From Dimorphilus gyrociliatus (taxonomy: Eukaryota; Animalia; Annelida), in contig CAJFCJ010000020.1 of the NCBI GenBank assembly GCA_904063045.1, forward strand, positions 364,916-428,915: a stretch of DNA of 64,000 nucleotides, read 5' to 3'. The position numbers and the translations under genes were made by a program. Each line of letters starts with the position of its first letter. Position 1 is the first letter of the stretch. This document shows, one piece after another, positions 62,043 through 64,000 of this stretch. The notes beneath the pieces are model-generated. The model searched no databases and was not told where the DNA came from. It saw only the letters and a list, made by a program, of their open reading frames with translations.

Positions 62043-64000
62043 GATTGTCCGAATCTCTGATTACGGTTGTCGTTAAATTGAAGCAATTTTCTGTATCGGA
62101 ATGGAGTTGATAAACGTGTGACTGGACTGTTATGGGCTTTTATACTTTTCATGAGCACTTTTTAATTGTGAGAAGCTTTTTGCTAATGAGGATCTACTTT
62201 CTTTTTCTACACAAAAAATGAGCTTTATAACAGTATAGAGATCGTTTGCCAATTGTCAGCTTAGAAAGTGAAAGTACTAGGTCAAGAATTGAGTTCAAAG
62301 TCAAGTTGATTGAAAGTTGTTAAAGCTGAGGTAATGACCAAATCTCGATCAATAAACGTCTATTAAATCTATAATATAATTTTTATCCAGTATACACTAG
62401 TCTTGAAGCAAAAAGACGAAATTTACAATAATTGAAAATTATATTAAAGCAAATATTCTCCTATGGCATTAATCATCTAATGCATGATAATTTCAACAGG
62501 TTGTTTTACAAGATTTCGCACATAAATTACGATTAATTACTTGTATGGTTTGAAGATAATAAAGGAAAACCATGTAAAACAATAATTCCAACTTCTACAA
62601 TATTATATTTTATTATTTTAATATTTATATTAGAAATAAATCCTTTCTTTTACGTAATCAATTATTGCTCTCATATTTAACCTGTATAATTTCAAAACAA
62701 TATATACTTCTATATATTTTGTAGATAGAAAGTATATAGTATACTTACAAAAAGTCATCAATTTCATACTCTGGACATTTCAAGCTGTTAAGTTCTTTTT
62801 TTATGTTGGAGTGTTTTTTTTTTAAATTTTAATTAATACAAATCGTGAAGGTTGATTAAAACTTTCACCGTATCTCTTTTCTCTTCATTTATTACAATTA
62901 AAATATAGCAAGCTGTGAAAATAAGACATTTTGAATAATAAGGCTATAGTCTTATTTGATTATCATTTAAATAATTTATTATTTAATATTTATATTCGTT
63001 TAATTGCCTAATGGTATAGACTTGGGAAAATGGGTGAAAAAGAGGTAGACGATTGCTAAGAGTAGAAGGAACGAACGTGAAGTTTAAAAAGATTTATTTA
63101 CAGATTGAAATGTGCAAAGAGACTAGTATTACACCCTTGTGGTGTATCAAACTAAGTTGATTACTTTAATTAATTAATTAATTAAGAAATTAGGACAAGT
63201 AGTCAACTATTTGTGTAGAATATATAAAGCTCAAATTTCTTTGTATACTTAATATATATTTTAAGATATTTAAAATTACTATCTTCTGTTAAAAAAATGA
63301 ACTTAACAGGCAAAAATAAAATATCGTCAGGCTAGAAAACAGTACAACAGACAGTTAGGTTTACAATTTTGTTACATTCTTTTACATTGTAGCTCTTATA
63401 CTTGCATAGTATGATAAATAAACTATTAGTCTCTGCTTTATTCCTTCGATAATTATTAATAAGTTCTTCAATTAACTTATAATAAGGACCTGAATGAGGT
63501 TCCTCTACATTGTTAACAAACAAAAAAAAACACAAGTACTGTGTGCATAGAATAGTTTTTATTAGACTGATCTATTTGTTTTGAACAAATGCAAAAATAA
63601 ATTCTATTCACTACGTATGAATACGTAAGATTAAATAACATTGATTAAAAAAGCTAGTAATGTTTTTGGAGGAGTGAACTGAGAGGGAGGGGGCGATGGA
63701 AGGGTTTTGCAATTGTCGGCAATTATTATAAGAGTTATTGTAGTATTATAGCTAGCGGGAGGTCAGAGGGATAATATTGAATAGGATTATTACATTAAAA
63801 CGTAGTTACTAAAAAGAAAAGACATATTTATACAAAGTTAACCTTTCTTTTAAGTAAATAAAAGAGGAATAAAAAATTAACTAAATAGTTGTAATAATAA
63901 AAAGAAATAGTTAGTTTTTTTATTATAGAAAACTAAATGACAACTATATCTTTATGCTTTTTTATAATCTAATTTATGAGGTATTCTTAAGAGCTAAATA

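Noticed and set aside
1-64000. Transposons, tRNA/rRNA/snRNA genes, CRISPR arrays, prokaryotic operons
   Set aside because: I recognised no transposase or RT motifs, terminal repeats, tRNA arms or repeat-spacer arrays by eye; the window is intron-containing eukaryotic DNA. A Rfam/RepeatMasker scan could still find small elements.

Overview
AT-rich, gene-dense animal (metazoan) genomic DNA. Most introns are very short (about 50-110 nt, GT-AG), so the ORF track shows only exon fragments. I rebuilt the gene models by hand by joining exons in phase. The architecture suggests a miniaturised invertebrate genome; the compact-genome annelid Dimorphilus is a candidate, but this is inference only. Genes in order: 3' end of an arrestin-domain gene (+); DUOXA (-) head-to-head with a complete 21-exon DUOX (+); a roughly 5 kb stretch with no gene I could support; CYSTM1-like (-); RGS7BP/R7BP-like (+); a coiled-coil orphan (-); transgelin/myophilin-like (-); a class A peptide GPCR (+); villin-like (+); a 5-repeat CDHR-like cadherin (+); a SORBS/CAP-like triple-SH3 adaptor (+); an acidic orphan (-); a 24-repeat ankyrin (+); a SEA-like membrane mucin (+); CIAO2A (+); and a single-exon orphan (-). 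I recognised no transposon, tRNA, rRNA or CRISPR array. The strongest lead is the ankyrin. It has an N-terminal MGKGNS myristoylation-type motif, has lost the palmitoylated Cys and the spectrin-binding DAR motif, and carries two death domains plus an optional 1.8 kb acidic exon. Other leads are a possible signal-peptide exon upstream of villin, a DUOX with a broken second EF-hand, and a neighbourhood rich in cortex and microvillus genes. Family assignments rest on motifs recalled from memory; no database searches were run.
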